DNA from: Eledone cirrhosa
Taxonomy: Eukaryota
Direction: 5' to 3'
NCBI GenBank assembly: GCA_964016885.1
Contig: OZ024743.1
Span: forward strand, 268,522,001-268,586,000
DNA length: 64,000 nucleotides
Part shown: positions 12,850 to 27,054 of the stretch, one piece after another
Numbering within the stretch: position 1 is the stretch's first letter
Layout: each line of letters opens with the position of its first letter
Made by a program: the position numbers and the translations under genes
The notes under the pieces: generated by a model
The model's input: the letters and a program-made list of their open reading frames with translations, nothing else
What the model was told of the DNA's origin: nothing
Databases searched by the model: none

Positions 12850-13035
12850 ATTGTTTCTACTTTTTGGTACAAGGCCAGCAATTATTCCAGTACATTACTG
12901 GTACTTTATTTTATCGACCCCGTAAGGATGAAAGGCATTGTTAAACTCGGCGGGATTTGAACTCAGATCGTAAAGGGAGGTAACTATGCTGCAAAGCATA
13001 TCCGACCCTCTACCGATACTGCCAATTCACCGCCT
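12850..13035 (-). mobile_element. SINE family A copy
   Basis: Reverse complement of 148-333. Confidence 0.88.
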
Positions 13036-13553
13036 ATTAATATTTGTTAATAATACGGAGTGCATTTTTTCGAATACCTGTATGCATATATGTAAGTACG
13101 TACGTATTTATGTATGTGTGCATAAACACAGGTATATATGTGTGTGTGCGTGTTCGTCTCACGTGTCTAAAAACATGATTTCCTCCAGTGACAATTTAAT
13201 TTATGCTGTTACAGTACACTCAATCGGAAAAGATTATGTTACCCGTAATTCAAATAGCTAGCCTTATTACACATGGCAAAGTACATGTACGTAAATATCA
13301 CTAGAAAGCTCTTCTCTTGTTCGAAATGGGACACACATCGTCAAAAGGGATAGGTGTACAACCCACACACCCAAACACACACATATGCACACACACACGA
13401 ACGCATACACATATAAACATGCAAATATACATACACACACATGTAAATATATATACATACATGCATGCATACTTGCAAACATACATACAAACATACAGTT
13501 TCAGCTTTATTATTAGTTATTAAGTATTAAGTATTATTAGTTATTAAGTTATT

Positions 13554-13743
13554 AGGGCGGTGGATTGGCAGTATCGGTAGCGGGTCGGACGCCATGCTTT
13601 GAAGCATAGAGTTGCGTCCCTTTATGATCTGAGTTCAAATCTCGCCGAGGTTAACTTTGCCTTTCATCCTTACGGGGTCGATAAAATAAAGCCCTAGTAA
13701 TGTACTGTATAATTGCTGGCCTTGTGCCAAAAGTAGAAACAAT
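13554..13743 (+). mobile_element. SINE family A copy
   Basis: High identity to 148-333; flanked by TTATTAGTTATTAAG repeats. Confidence 0.9.
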
Positions 13744-13834
13744 TATTAGTTATTAAGTAGTTCGTCAAAGGTCTTTCGTCGCGTATTGTGTAACCTCCTC
13801 AATAACTATTTCTTTTCTTCTGTACATCGCAATT

Positions 13835-14340
13835 GTTTCGGTTAATGCAGATAATTAACATTTCGAATAATTATATTATTCATGTAAACACATAAATATT
13901 GAATCAAATTAGCTGCACCATCTGGTCAGGAAAAACAAAGATTATCAGGATTAATGTGTCAATTTATATTGACAGAAAAACCAGAAAAATCGACAGAATA
14001 AACCGCCACTGAAAGGTCAATGAATTTACCCATATTGGAGAAAATTGTATTAACAAATTATTAAGTTTAATGTATAAATTTACCAGTTTAGTGTAAACAT
14101 TAGTAGTTCGCATTTACGAGTCACTCCAAAGCCTTTGCCCTTTTCAGTGAATGTTTTTTTTCACTGTGGAATTTTGGGTCTTACTGTCAATATAAATTGA
14201 CATATCAATTTTGATCATATTTGTTTTTTTCCTGGCGTGAGGGTTCAGATAAATTCATGTATCATCAGTGGGTTTACATAAACAATATGTTAATTGTAGT
14301 AAAATTGTATACATATATCTGCACTAATTGAAATATTTGT
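13835..14340. mobile_element. Old fold-back/MITE-like element with diverged ~190-bp arms
   Basis: CAGGAAAAACAAA/TTTGTTTTTTTCCTG, TGTCAATTTATATTGACAG/CTGTCAATATAAATTGACA, CACTGAAA/TTTCAGTG. Confidence 0.65.
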
Positions 14341-14594
14341 CGGAAAATAAATGTTCTTGAATTGATTGGTATTGTTTCCTAATCTTATTTCAAGCCCTGT
14401 AATACTTTTGGCTTCAGCTACCCTTACGTTACATCATGTATCACTACGTTTGATTATTTTTATTTTACATAATTGCAGATAATTATGATATATTGAGCTC
14501 ATATAATATATATAACGTAAGTGGATACCTCCATTTATGATTTTATAATTCGATTATATGTATATATACACACACACACACACATATATATATA

Positions 14595-14828
14595 AAACAA
14601 AGAAAGTGTGGTAACAAACCTGGTGGGGCATAACACACCAGAGTACTCGATACTTAGGGTAGTAGAGGGGGTAATAGGAAAAGAGTCAGGACCCCGACGG
14701 CTAAGCTCCGGCCATTTCGGATCTAGCTGTTGAAACGACCGGATATATATATAGGAAAATAGTCAGGACCCCAACAGCTGAGCTCCGGTCGTTTCAACAG
14801 CTAGATCCGAAATTGCCGGAGCTCAGCC

Positions 14829-14830
<2 letters not shown>
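14595..14830 (-). mobile_element. Rearranged pLTR-like module of the 606/52734 HHR family (3' halves only)
   Basis: Repeated GACCCC-GACGGCTGAGCTCCGG..TTTC in both orientations; downstream GAGTACTCGATACTT matches the 52860 and 17240 tails. Confidence 0.7.
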
Positions 14831-14867
<37 letters not shown>

Positions 14868-14870
<3 letters not shown>

Positions 14871-15395
14871 CGTTTCTGAATTTGTTTAGCAAGATTCTTT
14901 ATCTGAAAACGTGTGTTGAAACCGATACTGTTATACGTTGGGAGGGTCATGTTGCCAATAAGAAACACACGCACCAGTGTTTCACTCCAATTTATTATAA
15001 ATTAAATTTATAAATTTAAACATTTATAAACCTCCGGTTGGCTGGCTCCACAACCGGACTGTTGTTCACATATTGTCAAAGTTCCTCGTCACACATCCGC
15101 GACATCTTCAGTGACTGGGGACCCTTCTCCTCGCCCTGTGCCTCTCTCTTGTTCTGTCCCACGCCATCTTGTCCCTGTGTATGCCGTGTGCCCAGTCTGC
15201 GCATGTGTCACATCCGGGTGTATGTGTGTGTTTTTATTTGTTTATTTATTTGACAATATGTGAACAACAGTCCGGTTGCCAGCCAATCGGAGGTTTATAA
15301 ATTCTTAAATTTATAAATCTAATTTATAATAAATTGGAATGATAGCGACCGGTGCGTGTGTTTCTTATTGGCAACATGACCCTCCCAAAGTATAG

Positions 15396-15398
<3 letters not shown>
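14868..15398 (-). mobile_element. pLTR-like module with inverted arms (14928-15080/15249-15398) and degenerate HHR at 15075-15115
   Basis: Arms match by eye; minus strand GUCA-CUGAAGA-(U)GUCGCG/UGUGAC-GAGGAAC-UU|UGAC; homologous to 38848-39172. Confidence 0.7.
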
Positions 15399-15435
<37 letters not shown>

Positions 15436-16082
15436 TAAACAAAGTTTCATACACTTAACATTTATACGTGACCTTAGGTACCGTACCTCTTGAAATCTAA
15501 CGTCTCATCGGGTGCACAGACAAAAAATACAAAAAGAAAACCTTTTAGCCGGCTATATTTGGTTTTAAACAGTAGAGAGTCTCATTTCGGGAACAATGAG
15601 GTAATTCCGGAGTGTTTGATCTCTCAGCTTTTTTTATCTGTGTGTAAAATGCGTACAAGACTAAGAACCTATATGAGGTAAATATAGATAGAAATGATCA
15701 ACTTATGCTAAACAATATACCAAAACATAACTATGGATATCCTGCATATACACACATACATAAAAATTCTGCAATGTAAAACATTCCCACAATTCTGCAT
15801 CTAATAATATCACAGATACAAAGCATATGCACATGCACACATACAACTCGAAACATACACATCCACACATACAATAACATCCATACCTGCACACACACGC
15901 ATTCATGCAGACATGCAGACATATCTACTTAGTTGATGTGAAAATTCCAATGAGAGAGTCTTGTAACTATGTAAGAAACCGACTGTCTCTCTCTCTATTG
16001 GCAAACATTTGTAAAATTATAAAACCAGAAGAACACACATACATACATTCATACATATATATGTTGCGTGTATCTATATCTC

Positions 16083-16136
<54 letters not shown>

Positions 16137-16147
16137 CGTGTGCGCGC

Positions 16148-16208
<61 letters not shown>

Positions 16209-16900
16209 CGTGTGCGCGCGTGTGCGGGCGTGTGTATTTATGTATAAAATGGACGTACGTCAGTTCCGGCAATGACTATTCGACTTTTCCAATCAATGGA
16301 ATAGCCAGCACATGAAAATGAAAGTGTTACTCAGTGAGCATGCCATAGGCACGTGTAGTTTTAACGTACATCTCAGTGAGATTTTCAGCATCAAATTAAG
16401 TAACAAATCTTCCTTTGAAATATAAATACAATCCAACCGACAAGTTTCCAAATAGTCCCTGTCTACCTAATTACAAGGCATAGGGTTCGCGGAAGCCATG
16501 TGACATGACACTTTCCCAAGATGGCAGGCACTGCTCTCGAACCCGGGGACTAAAGATTGAGAAACGAACATCCCACCCATTCGGCTATATCCATTAGTGT
16601 GTGTGTGTGTTACCAATAAACACTATTAATCTTAATGACATTACAAGTACATTATAGGATTTTCTTACACTAAAACGGAATCCATATTTGGCTATGCTTC
16701 ACTACACACACAAACATGCATATTATATGCACATGTTTGCTGGAGTATATTGAATTCATACAAGTATTCAAATGCATACGGTGAAAGATATGTTTTCATT
16801 ATAAGACATGTTATCTGAGACATTCAACAAACCATGCGAAAACATGTCAATAGATGCAAGAACATGTTCTATCATACTTCCATATCTATTAAGCCTCACC

Positions 16901-16976
<76 letters not shown>

Positions 16977-17073
16977 TCATATATATATGTGTGTGTTTAT
17001 ATATGTACAAGCATATATACAATATGTGTACACACAAATATATACAGATACACACGCACGCACACACACACCC

Positions 17074-17113
<40 letters not shown>

Positions 17114-17117
<4 letters not shown>

Positions 17118-17290
17118 AGATTCAGTACCCCAACGTTGAGCTCCGTCCGTTTCGATAACTAAATCCGAACTAAATGTCGAAACGGCCGGAGATCAGCCGT
17201 CGGGGTCCTGAATCTTTCATATTATTCACTCTATTACTCCAAGTATCGAGTACTTTGGTTTACATGGTTTTTACCACACCCTATCCGATA
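17114..17290 (+). mobile_element. Fold-back pLTR-like module of the 606/52734 family
   Basis: GAAAAGATTCAG.ACCCC...TTTCGA / TCGAAACGGCCGGAGATCAGCCGTCGGGGTCCTGAATCTTTC, followed by the family tail. Confidence 0.7.
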
Positions 17291-17559
17291 TATATATATG
17301 TATATATATATGAAAACTTTGATAGGATTCAGTCAGTAATGGCCCAGGTGTATATTATTTATTTATGTCATACACAGAATAAAACTGCTACCTAAGGTTT
17401 CAAGGCCCAATATTGACCATATAGTGAGATTGTAAGATGAATCAACATTGTGACATACTTTTCAGAACCTTAGATGAGTTAAGATACCTCTAAAAGTATA
17501 TCATGCTAAAACACTAATTTACGAAAAACGTATTACAACGTATTATTATGTGAAATATC

Positions 17560-17975
17560 CGCAACATGTAAATTTGAAATAGCAAAGTCGTAAACGTGTT
17601 AGTATTCGTGCGCTATAGCAGCTCTATCGTATTATGTGGTGGTACGAAATATAGAGATGGTGATATTTATTAAGGTATGGAGTAGAATATTATAGAAGAT
17701 GTATTGGATTTTGTAAGTTTAGAAAGAGAAACAAAAGATGTTAAGAAAGTAGTTAAATCATATTAATGTGGTTGAAAATCACTAGAGTTCGTTGAGTATT
17801 TCCACTTAGCAAGCAATTGATACATGAAATATCCATACACCAATGGTACCGAGAGATATCGTCTCTGTCTTGGTGAGAAATTTAGAATATTATAAGATTT
17901 GTCGTCTCCGAACAATAATTATTTGAAATCAAAGAACTCGAGTTTTAGAAGATTCCTCCATCTCGAAAGAGGAAT
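17560..17975 (+). pseudogene. Possible decayed PLE GIY-YIG C-terminal fragment
   Basis: Peptide YPYTNGTERYRLCLGEKFRIL resembles the PLE end motif PY.....CxLCLxEK.IL. Confidence 0.4.
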
Positions 17976-19039
17976 GTCTTCTGTCACGTTTAAATGTTCA
18001 CTGTATGCCGTAAATCACTAACGAATCCCTACACCTCTTTCAAGTGTTAAGAGCACTAATCTAACTTAATCTAGTACATAAAATGCATTTTATAGTGAAT
18101 TATAAATAGACTCAGTATTTAAACAAACAACACCTTCAATATTTCCAGTATATAGTCCATAGCATGCATTACACAGAGAAATGTGAAAGCTTGTGGCTTC
18201 ATAGTACTGGTGTTCAGCACAAAACTATACAGTCATTATTCCGATTCCCGGTGGCACGTTCTGACCTTGAATAAAACACATTATTTGACATTGCACCAGT
18301 TCATTCATCTGACAAAAATGAATAGAGAGCTGTCTTGTACATTGCTTCAGGTTGAATCTCCCTGCGAATTGCGTTAATGGGATGCTCAACCATTTACACG
18401 TTAATTTCACAAGCAAACTCTTCAGTTGTTCGAACATTTGGAACACTTGTCGCCGGGACTAAAGGGCGTCTAACATAAAGGGAAATAACATTACACGACA
18501 GTTGAACCACCACTTGTTGACATCCCAACTGTCCATCATTCCATCCACTCAAACACTTATAGACGTGGCATGGTCGATTGGTAAATGCGTTTACAAAGTA
18601 ATCATTAAGGTCTAGTTCGATTTCAATGTGCCGTATTTTGGACAAAGGTCATTAACCCTAGCCTCGAATCGACGCTTGCCTTGTGCTTGAAACTAGTGGA
18701 TGGCAATTGTTTGAATGACCGTTGAAATGAATGTATCTGTAGTTCACGCATAATCATCCTGAGAATTACGTTAAGGATACACATGTCTGTGACATGTTCA
18801 GTCATTTACACGTTAAACACCACGAGAAAGTTGTTTCGTTGGTGAAAACAACTACAACACCCGTCATCGGATCCAACGGACGTCCACCAACATCATAGAA
18901 TGAAGTAACGTTTTAGGAAGGCAATCAGATCTAGCTATTGTTGTTATATCAAAACTGTCCATACATCTATTCTTCAACCAAACACTTATACAAAGAGTAA
19001 ACTGGTTTAGTTTGAAGTTCAACACGAAAAAAGGAATAA

Positions 19040-19268
19040 TGGTTTCTGATTTAGGCACAAGGCCAACATTTTTTCGGCGAGGATGGGAGGGGGGGGGGGG
19101 GGGGGGGGGTATTAAGTCAACCCTAGTACTTCGTTTTCTTGACACCGTAAAAACGAAAGTCAAAGCTACTAACCCCAGGGGGAGTTGAAATCAGAACGTA
19201 ACGGGACGTAAATATATATTGCAATGCATGCTGGTGGACGCTCTACCGATATTGCCAATCCAACGCCC
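19040..19268 (-). mobile_element. Diverged SINE family A copy
   Basis: TTAGGCACAAGGCC ... CTCTACCGATATTGCCAATCC. Confidence 0.7.
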
Positions 19269-19443
19269 TGGAAAATGTTATAACATATAAACACAAATCA
19301 AAATATTGTAATTGTATGCTGCTTACAGGTAAAAACCCGCGAACCATTTGTAGTAGATGTTTAATAGATTGGAGCTTAACACACACACACACACATACAC
19401 ACACACACGCGCGCACACACACACATACACACACACATACACA

Positions 19444-19493
<50 letters not shown>

Positions 19494-19848
19494 AAACCAT
19501 ACATACATGTTTACACACAAACACACACACATACACACTTGAAAACCTACATACATACATGCACACAAAATGCATACAGACACATACACACTTGCCCACA
19601 TACATACACGCATACAAACATTCACACGCCTACCCACACAAACCAATACATACACTCACCCACACACTAGCATATATACATGCATGTACACGAATATAGA
19701 TAGATGTATACACATAATAAATTTACACAAACATAGACACATACACATACACAAACATGCACACACACACAGTCATATATTCACAGATATACACACAGAC
19801 AAACACATACACACTCATAGAACACATGGACATTTATAGACACATAGT

Positions 19849-19915
<67 letters not shown>

Positions 19916-20092
19916 GAAAACACATTCATATATGCAGAAAGAAACACGCACAGCGATAACCACAGACAAACACACTCAAATATCCATACAGGCATATATA
20001 TATATAAACAGTCACACCTGCGTATATTCTGGCCGGCTCACTGATCTAGAAACTTCAGATGACAAGTTAACTTACGTATTTCTTACCCCAAA

Positions 20093-20241
<149 letters not shown>

Positions 20242-20342
20242 TGGAGGATATGGAGTGGTGGTGGTGTTGGTGGTGGTGTTTTCGGTAGGATAACAAAGAT
20301 AAGTATGTATATATATATATATACATATATAAAATAGAATAG

Positions 20343-20386
<44 letters not shown>

Positions 20387-20800
20387 AAGAGACAGTGAGT
20401 GAGAGAGAGCGGGATATAGTTTTACATAATTACAAGTTTCAGTCGGTAGCTGGGGGCCATGATTGTTGAAGATCCTAAGGCCTTGATTTAGATTCTTGTT
20501 GGTACCGGCAGACGTCCAAAACAGACCTACGTATATATTCCGAATATACATTTAAAGTTAGTTAAATGAATTAAGACGGACATACACAACAGGTGTGGGT
20601 TACAAATTATTTCATTCACTTCCTCCAATTAATTGCTTATATAGCCAATATTTTGACATATACTGCTCTACTCATGGCCTGAAACATTACTTCCCACCTT
20701 CAGATCTTCGGTGGAATATTAAGAAATTTATAGATATCAAGGGAAAGACAGTTTACTAACTATGCTACGACTGCAGTCGCTGCGAGAACATAGATAGATA

Positions 20801-20865
<65 letters not shown>

Positions 20866-20903
20866 GAAAGAGAGCGAGACAAAGAGAGAGAGAGAGAGAG
20901 GGG

Positions 20904-20935
<32 letters not shown>

Positions 20936-21549
20936 TGAATATATAAAGAGATGGCCTAATGAAAGTAACAGTAGATGAATTCTATATAACATACTTGGCC
21001 ATCCCCGTTAAAAAGGAAGACATCAGATATCCGGTAGTTTTCCCAAGTGCAGCATGGGTAAACATTTCAGATAAATGTATGCCGTTGCAATCAGATAGCT
21101 TATCAATTAGGAGACTTCATTTGAGTATGTTGTCACTTCCGGCAAGCTAATCGAAACCCCCGGTGTTGGTGTGTAATAGAGCGTGGCTTGACGTGATATG
21201 AAACACTTCAACGCAATCACTATTGCATTGTTATTGCTTGAATGCAAAAAATTCCCGAAACATTATGCGCGCTTATGATTGTGTTTACATAAGTGCAGTG
21301 GAATGAGATTATTATAACCACGTACAATATTATCAACAGGTTTTGCTATCAGATTTAGTTAGTTGAAACTTTTCATTTGTTTGCTTAATATTATCAGTCG
21401 GTTACTGTAATCGAAAACTCTACAACTTGAAAGTGAGCAAAAGCAGCAGATTGTTCTGTATAGTTATGTATGTATGTATGAATGTATGTATGTGTTTATA
21501 TATATATATATACATACACACACGCGCGCGCGCGCATATATATATATAT

Positions 21550-21641
<92 letters not shown>

Positions 21642-22579
21642 AGACATATAGAAAGATAGATAGATAGATAATACACGGTTTTCTCTAGGGAGATCTAAGT
21701 ATATCCCTGTTCAGCAGTTCGGCCATTTTGATATGAACTCTAGTAGTAGTTTAGTCCGTTCATAAAAGAGTTCGAAAGAAGGTGCCAATATTTTTTAAAG
21801 AGTTACGTTTGAAGAACAATTAAAAGAGGAATCATATATAATAATGATGAAAATGCGAAGGCTAGATATTTATAATACGTTTTATCCCGTAATAATTACG
21901 TAATGCTGTCATCACGCAATTAACAACACGGCTTCTTCAGGCGGCATAATAAGGTTGTTATCTAATAAATGTCTAATGCACTACAAACTACTGATAAGAA
22001 CAAGGACTTGTTTTCGATGATAATCTTACAAGAATCCGTCCCCCTTATGAATAACCTGTATTGCATGATAACCTTATGAGAATGAGTATATAAATTCACA
22101 TATTTTTAGTACAGAGATATATAGACATGTCAAATACTCGTATTTACCTGCTTCTTAAAGAAATTATAAATTATAGATACACATATTTTCATGTTTACAT
22201 GTGTAAACTTATATATGCATTTATACAGTTGATACAAGAATGAGTGGACGATTACTGACCTTGGCCCCACTGGGGCGTTTAAAAAAGCTAGGAGGGTGTG
22301 AAGATAGGTGTTTTTTACTCCCTTTATGATAATGCCGTGAGGCTATTGGTACTAATTATTATGCCAGCAGGGCTTTGGGGGAACAACACCAGTAACCCGC
22401 CCGTGTGTATATCACTGAATGGAAACAGCATGAGTAATTATTTTTCTTTTTCATGTATCATCATTTTATTCATATAACTTTCTATACATGTAATAAGTGT
22501 CTGTTGAGTTCGAATATGTTCCATAACAGTTACCAGCGAAATGCGTATACAGACAATTATGTATCAAATAATTTTTTCT

Positions 22580-22701
22580 CCTTGTGGCACAAGGCCAGCA
22601 ATTATTCCAGTGCATTACTGGTACTTTATTTTATCGACCCCGTAAGGATGAAAGTCAAAGTTAACCTCAGCGGGATTTGAGTTTAACTTTGTCTTTCATC
22701 C
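22580..22701 (-). mobile_element. 5'-truncated SINE family A with a 20-bp inverted flap
   Basis: 22681-22701 is the near reverse complement of 22646-22665. Confidence 0.75.
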
Positions 22702-24583
22702 AAATAATGAGGTAAACTCTAACCCACTGTCTTCTCTTTTTCATCGAACCGCTAAGTTAGGAGACATAAACACAGGTACAGGCGCGAACATTGATACACA
22801 GACTCACACACACATAAATATATATACGATGGCCTACAGTCTTTTCCGTGTACAGAAATCCAAGACATTGGTTAAATCAAGATTATAATGGAAATTGACT
22901 TAGGACAACGTGATGGTTGCGAGGCGAACCCGTTAACCACACAGCCATACCTTCTGAGAGTGTGTCACATTATATTATATTGTGTTGCATTATGAATTAT
23001 GGCGTTTTTAACCGAAAATTGAAACTTTTTTAACCGAAAATTTAAACGTTTAAGTCATTTTGATAAGGTTAGCTATCTTATCCTCTCTATTTGCTGACTT
23101 TTTGGTCTTCTAAATGAGGTCTGTTAATTTTGCAAGAAGTAACTATCAAGAATGTCATTCATCCTTTCAGGATCGATAAAATAATGTATCAGTAAAATAC
23201 GAGTGTCAATATTTAGACCCTGTGTGCTTACAAATGTCCCCTCCTATTTTTCTACTTTTTCTTTTATTATTTTCTCTCTGCATCCTCGAATTGGGTTTTA
23301 TTGGTGTGCAGTAGCTTGTTGTCATTCTAGAATTATGTCACTTGCCGTCATTAGTTCCATCAGTTTTGGTGAAACGGTGATTACACTTTTGTCCTTGCTA
23401 TGCAATTGAAACATATGTACAGAGGCCCGTGAAAACACACAGACACCCACATACACAGAATCATCAAAAATAATAAGTTTGGGGCCTTGAGCTAAACGCA
23501 AAAATCATTTCCACTTATTCATTATATTCGCGTCTTTATGACTTTGTTTTTTTAAAAATCATTTTACTGGTTTCAGGATTGTAGTCATGCTGGGTACTGC
23601 CTTTAAGGTATTCATTCGGCAATATGGGCCTCAGTATTTTTATAGCTCTAGATTTTACAAAACGTAGACAGTGAAGGAAGAGTGGCACCCAGACTTATTT
23701 TTGTATAGCAATGACTGTTATGAGAAAGACCAAATGTTATATGCAGACCGCATTTGGGATCAAATGTTTGCACTAGAATTTAGTCCGCTATGGTTGCGAA
23801 AGACCCAGCTTCTGTTGTATAATCTAGTAATGGTTTAAGTGTTTCTCACAAAAATAGGAAATGGTGTTTCTGGCTGGCATTAATACAGTTTATATCTCCC
23901 AAATCTCGCTCACAAGGCATCATTCAAGCCGGAGCTGTTTTAAGACTAACATTCCCAGTGTCCAGCCTAATGGGATTGAATCAGGAATCATGTGATTGCA
24001 ACGTGAACATCCTAATCACAAAGTCATGTTTGCGCCTAAAGCTATGATATTTTTTTTATTTTTATATGATTGTATTTATTTTTTTATTTATTTATTAATT
24101 TGTTTATTATTTTTTGTAATGAAATTGTTTCGACATTGTCGTAGAGGGTGGAAATTTGATCGTTAGTATTGACTAACATTTTATTGGATGTAAATGTAAG
24201 GTGATATATTGCCAAACAGTCATTCTCGTTTTACCTCCAACGATGACTGAAACGTGAGCTAGTAGGAGGGAAAAGCCATTAGGGTATGTAGTAAAGAAAG
24301 GAATACCTGATGTTAATGAGAGAACATTCGAGATAGAGAGTGAGAGGGATTGAAGAGGGGAAGGTCGGACAAATGAAGGAAACAGAGTGTGATGAGATAG
24401 TGAGAGAAAGACATGCGACATAACCAGAGCGAAGATAGTGAGTATGATACACATAGAGTTAAAGACGGGTGTGTTTATAGTTAGATCGATAGATAGATAC
24501 AGGGAGAGCGAGAGCGAGAAAGGGTGAGTGAGAGGGCAAGACAGATGCATGGATAGAGAGAGAGATAGACAAAGAAGGAAGGA

Positions 24584-24632
<49 letters not shown>

Positions 24633-24778
24633 TACTGCATTGCTGCAATATTTTCTTGCCTTCAACTTTCTATGCCGCTCTCGGTCTAGATATATAACAT
24701 ATCCATATATATTTCTTTTTCTCTCTCCTCTCTCTTCCTCACCATCTCTCTTTCTATTTCTCTCTCTTTCTCTCTCTA

Positions 24779-24836
<58 letters not shown>

Positions 24837-25402
24837 AGGTGGGGGCGACATTCAGTTTACCAGTATTGGCGTTATATCGGCAACACTCCCGGACAGCATT
24901 ACAACGGAAATGCAGCCGCATAACCAGTCAGCGATATACGCCTTCTCCTGTCTTGGATAAACCTTATGTGTGCTGTTGTGAGCGAAAATTTATGAATGTG
25001 GCGGTTTTTCATTGTTGCCTTCACGCATCGAAAACTTAGTCGTATACTTCCGGATAAATTGATAAGTAGAATCACAGTATAACTGGAACGCATAACTACC
25101 CACCAAATATCATATAGACAAGAATTACTGCATAGCATTAGGAATTCTGACCTTTGTTAGAAGAGCAGCATCTGGAGGCGAACTCCTATGGCCACAAAAT
25201 GAAGAAAGTCAGGATATATTATATATATATATATATATTCCATCCCGCCCATGCCCTCAATCTATCTTATTTCTCATTCTTTCTTCTGGTAAAGGACTAG
25301 CGTCCGAAACGTTAATACCCTCTTCCTGCTATATCAAGCGTTAACCTAATATATCCCTTCCACATACTGTACCGATTGTGTTGTTATTTCTGGTTACATT
25401 TT

Positions 25403-25438
<36 letters not shown>

Positions 25439-25580
25439 TCAATGTGGTCTACCCTTGGTGGTACGGTCCGTACTGTAGATAAAACCCAAAGTAATCTGAT
25501 ATCGTGTAATCCAGTGAAATCCATAGATTTATATTCTTCTATCTACCCTGTTTATATACTACCAATAAAGATTCTAACTT

Positions 25581-25708
25581 CATTGTTTCCGAGGAAGACG
25601 GTCTGATCAAACCTATATATGAAGTCTGATACTATGCAGTTATATAACTGCGAGAGATCGGACAATATGTCAAGATGATCAACCCACCGAAACGATCGTA
25701 AAATAATG
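25581..25708 (+). ncRNA. Degenerate long-stem-II hammerhead (4840 family)
   Basis: CAUUGUUU/AAAUAAUG; CCGAGGA (U4C); GAAA-CGAUCG-UA. Confidence 0.55.
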
Positions 25709-25750
25709 ATATGAATAGGTAAAAAATTACTCGACTTTGTTGTTATTATT

Positions 25751-25847
25751 GAGGTCAACTTTGCCTCTCAGCCTTAAGGGGTCGATAAAATAAAGTACAA
25801 GAAATGTACTGGGTAATTGCTGGCTTTGTGCCAAAAGTAGAAACAAT
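25751..25847 (+). mobile_element. Partial SINE family A
   Basis: Core plus tail only. Confidence 0.75.
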
Positions 25848-25865
25848 TGTTTTCGTTGTTAAATT

Positions 25866-25920
<55 letters not shown>

Positions 25921-25928
<8 letters not shown>

Positions 25929-26508
25929 TAAACGGAATAGAAAATGCTGACAAATTGTTCACAGTTGAAAAATGGTTTAATTAGGAATAAAAGAGTATTA
26001 GTAATTGTATGGGTTAGTATTCAGTTGTGGTTTTAAGTTTTTAAGTGTTTACCGGTTGCGCATTTCTAAATGCTTTTCAAAAACAATTTTGAGATAGAGT
26101 GTCCGTGTTGTTTGCTCTGATCTGATTAGTTTTGGGAATTCTACCTCTTTTTATGTTAAAAAAGTGGCTCCAGCGCTACTTTGGTGTTGCAAAAATTCTT
26201 GTGGTCAAAACAATTTTGATTGGTCGGTAGAGGTCATGTGAATGTAAAAAATTGATTTTGCGCCAAGACTGTTTTTATGTTCAAAAAGTGGCTCCAACGC
26301 TACTTGGTGTTTGCAAAAATTCTTGTGGTCAAAACAATTTTGATTGGTCGGTAGAGGTCATGTGAATAAAAAATTGATTTTGCGCCAAGACTGAGAAATG
26401 ACTCTTTCACAACAAATATGTGTGTGTGTGTGTGTAGTAGTAGTAAGGTGTTCGATGTTGTGATAATGGTTAGCAGGGATGTGTGTCAAATGGCTATTGA
26501 GATGAGAT

Positions 26509-26549
<41 letters not shown>

Positions 26550-26664
26550 GCAGAGTAATTCGTGGTAGCAGGGATGGTCAGTAGGAATGTGTCTGTAAGC
26601 AGTGGGGGGTATTTTAGCAGGTCAAAAGATATTTTTCAGCTTTTGTCTTATACGGAGAAGTGTG
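25921..26664 (-). repeat. 3' pLTR of the Penelope element (contains a ~120-bp tandem duplication at 26150-26392)
   Basis: Near-identical to 30707-31312. Confidence 0.9.
26047..26084 (-). ncRNA. Minimal hammerhead-like motif in pLTR (U3-A8, GCAA instead of GAAA)
   Basis: UUGAAAA-GCAUUU/AAAUGC-GCAA-CCGG-UA. Confidence 0.62.
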
Positions 26665-26686
26665 TTAATGTACGCGTGTGTGTGTG

Positions 26687-26720
<34 letters not shown>

Positions 26721-27054
26721 AGAATGTGTGTGTGTGTGTGTGGGTGGACCAGTATTTTTCCCCCTGGTAAAATGGTGTACATTATTCGATTTTTTCAGTA
26801 AAATCGGTTCTCTTAATAGAACATCAAAAATCTTAACAATAAAAGGTGTGAAATGATATTCACTATATATATATATATATATACATATATTCACTATATA
26901 TACATATATATATATATATATACATATATACACATATTTTTTTGTGTTGCACCATAGAGCATGTGTGTTTACGTATGTCATTGTGATTATATGTGGGTAG
27001 AGATGTGTGCTGATGTAGGTATGTATGTTGACGTGTGTATGCTGTGGGTTCGTC

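Noticed and set aside
25286-25315. Hammerhead at CTGGTAA-AGGAC/GTCC-GAAACGTTA (similar partial motifs at 4448-4477 and 53892-53915)
   Set aside because: Core mutated or missing and stem I not formed; at most relics, so not listed as features
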